Assembly (NCBI GenBank): GCA_001655205.1
Contig: LPNZ01007939.1
Span: 1 to 58,398 of the forward strand
Length of the DNA stretch: 58,398 bases
From: Lenisia limosa
Lineage: Eukaryota > Protista > Breviatea
Direction: 5' to 3'
Numbering within the stretch: the first letter of the stretch is position 1; every line of letters starts with the position of its first letter. This document shows positions 56,961 through 58,398 of the stretch, one piece after another. The position numbers and the translations under genes were made by a program. Under the pieces are notes generated by a model, which was not told the DNA's origin, did not search any database, and saw only the letters and a program-made list of their open reading frames with translations.

Positions 56961-58398
56961 ATGCAACGGTTTTGGCTACAGCTCTGGCTAATAGCCCCGC
57001 TAATCAGCTTGTTAACTCCCTCTGGTGATGCTTTTCTTGCTAAGTAAGCCTTATGGTTCCCCCTCCCCACCAATCAGTCATAGAAGTTGTGGGTTATTTC
57101 GTGAATCTGTTGAAAGCAATATTGTGATTAACCATGTTGAGTGATTAATGAATGGTATAATTTCTTAATTATTTGAGACGACCTGTTGTTTTTCGACCCA
57201 CTGGCAAGTTCATTTCTTAATCGTTTCCTTGATCACAATGTTAGTATCCTTCACTCAAGTGATGGACGGCTTCATCCAGATACTTATTAATATACTACCT
57301 TATAAACATGATGATGAGGACCGGATACCATTCATAGCAATATTGTCAGCCATTACCATTGTTAGGGTGGCCAGCACCGGGGGAGTACAGTTTAAATTGG
57401 ACACTCCAACTGAAGCACATCACGCAGCTACTTATGGCAGTGGGGGGTGAAATTGGATAATTTATGAAACAAAAAAAACCAAAATCAACTCTGTNNNNNN
57501 NNNNNNNNNNNNNNNNNNNNNNNNNNNNNNNNNNNNNNNNNNNNNNNNNNNNNNNNNNNNNNNNNNNNNNNNNNNNNNNNNNNNNNNNNNNNNNNNNNNN
57601 NNNNNNNNNNNNNNNNNNNNNNNNNNNNNNNNNNNNNNNNNNNNNNNNNNNNNNNNNNNNNNNNNNNNNNNNNCCATTCTAGTTGGAGGAGATTGTGTTG
57701 TTTGTCGCCTCCAAGATGATGGAGGTATGGAAGCTTTACCAGCTTTTCAAGAAGATGGTTGGAAATTACTGGATTTATTAGTTAGAGTGAGTGCGTTTGT
57801 ATTATGTAGAGATGAGAAATACACCAAGATTGTGTCTGGCCGAAGCTATACACACCATCACGCTTATAAGAGNNNNNNNNNNNNNNNNNNNNNNNNNNNN
57901 NNNNNNNNNNNNNNNNNNNNNNNNNNNNNNNNNNNNNNNNNNNNNNNNNNNNNNNNNNNNNNNNNNNNNNNNNNNNNNNNNNNNNNNNNNNNNNNNNNNN
58001 NGAAGTCTTTATTAACCCCCCTGACATCCGCAGTGGTGCGCTGCATGATTGGTCCGAATGTCCCTGCTGGGGTGACCGTTTCGCTGTCCAACGTCAAACG
58101 CACATCCACCGGTAGCCAAGCCGACTTCATTGTCGAGGTATAAGGGTAGAAGTGTCGAGGTATGAGGTCGAGGTATGAGGGTAGAAATGTCGAGGTATGA
58201 GGGTAAAAATGTCGAGGTATGAGGGTAGAAATGTTTTGTGGTGTATGATGCTGAATTCCTCGAATAATGCTCGATAATAATAATATTTCCCTCTCATTTT
58301 TGGATCGAAAGGAAGAGTGGGTAGATATATCACATCGTCCATATATCTGTGAATTTTCCTCTATCTGTGAAAAAAAAGCCAAATGAACGTTTTCCTTG
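56961..58398 (+). CDS. Uncharacterised gene with a signal-peptide-like N-terminus; incomplete (gaps, window edge)
   Basis: MQRFWLQLWLIAPLISLLTPSGDAFLA then a GTAAGC donor; next exons splice in phase; later exon VVRCMIGPNVPAGVTVSLSNVKRTSTGSQADFIVE (~58030-58137). Confidence 0.4.
57812..57872. repeat. Family C repeat, copy 4 (runs into an N gap)
   Basis: atgagaaatacaccaagattgtgtctggccgaagctatacacaccatcacgcttataagag. Confidence 0.8.
58130..58232. repeat. Intronic minisatellite, ~22-bp unit
   Basis: tgtcgaggtatgagggtagaaa, 4-5 tandem copies starting at the exon/intron junction. Confidence 0.9.
58327..58398. mobile_element. MITE family B, left end of a second copy (cut by window edge)
   Basis: Near-identical to 37369-37440. 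Confidence 0.8.

Overview
Intron-rich, gene-dense eukaryotic DNA, most likely from a microbial eukaryote; I cannot place the lineage. Introns are mostly 40-100 nt GT-AG, the genetic code is standard, and there are 14 short N gaps. The six-frame ORF track is largely misleading because real genes are split into many small exons, so I reassembled them by hand. Well-supported genes, left to right: kinesin-12/KIF15-like motor (-), cohesin SMC3 (+), an atypical Rab-like GTPase (-), PHO88/SND3 (+), a SCOT/ASCT-1A CoA-transferase with no visible mitochondrial presequence (-), a large acidic KE-repeat protein (+), an RD/RE-repeat protein (-), an SLC35E/TPT-family transporter (+), and a 16-kb BLTP2/FMP27/Hobbit lipid-bridge gene (-). 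Lower-confidence uncharacterised genes lie at both ends. Mobile DNA: a dead Tc1/mariner transposase fragment, six intronic copies of a ~100-bp hAT-like MITE (two with 7/8-matching 8-bp TSDs), a second TIR element, and a short unclassified intronic repeat with a cUUCGg hairpin. I found no CRISPR array, RNA gene, viral insert or Fanzor/TnpB, and no convincing new multi-gene system. The most unusual pattern is architectural: every gene alternates strand with its neighbour, and head-to-head start codons are spaced a near-constant 330-400 bp. Gene ends marked approximate were not fully resolved.
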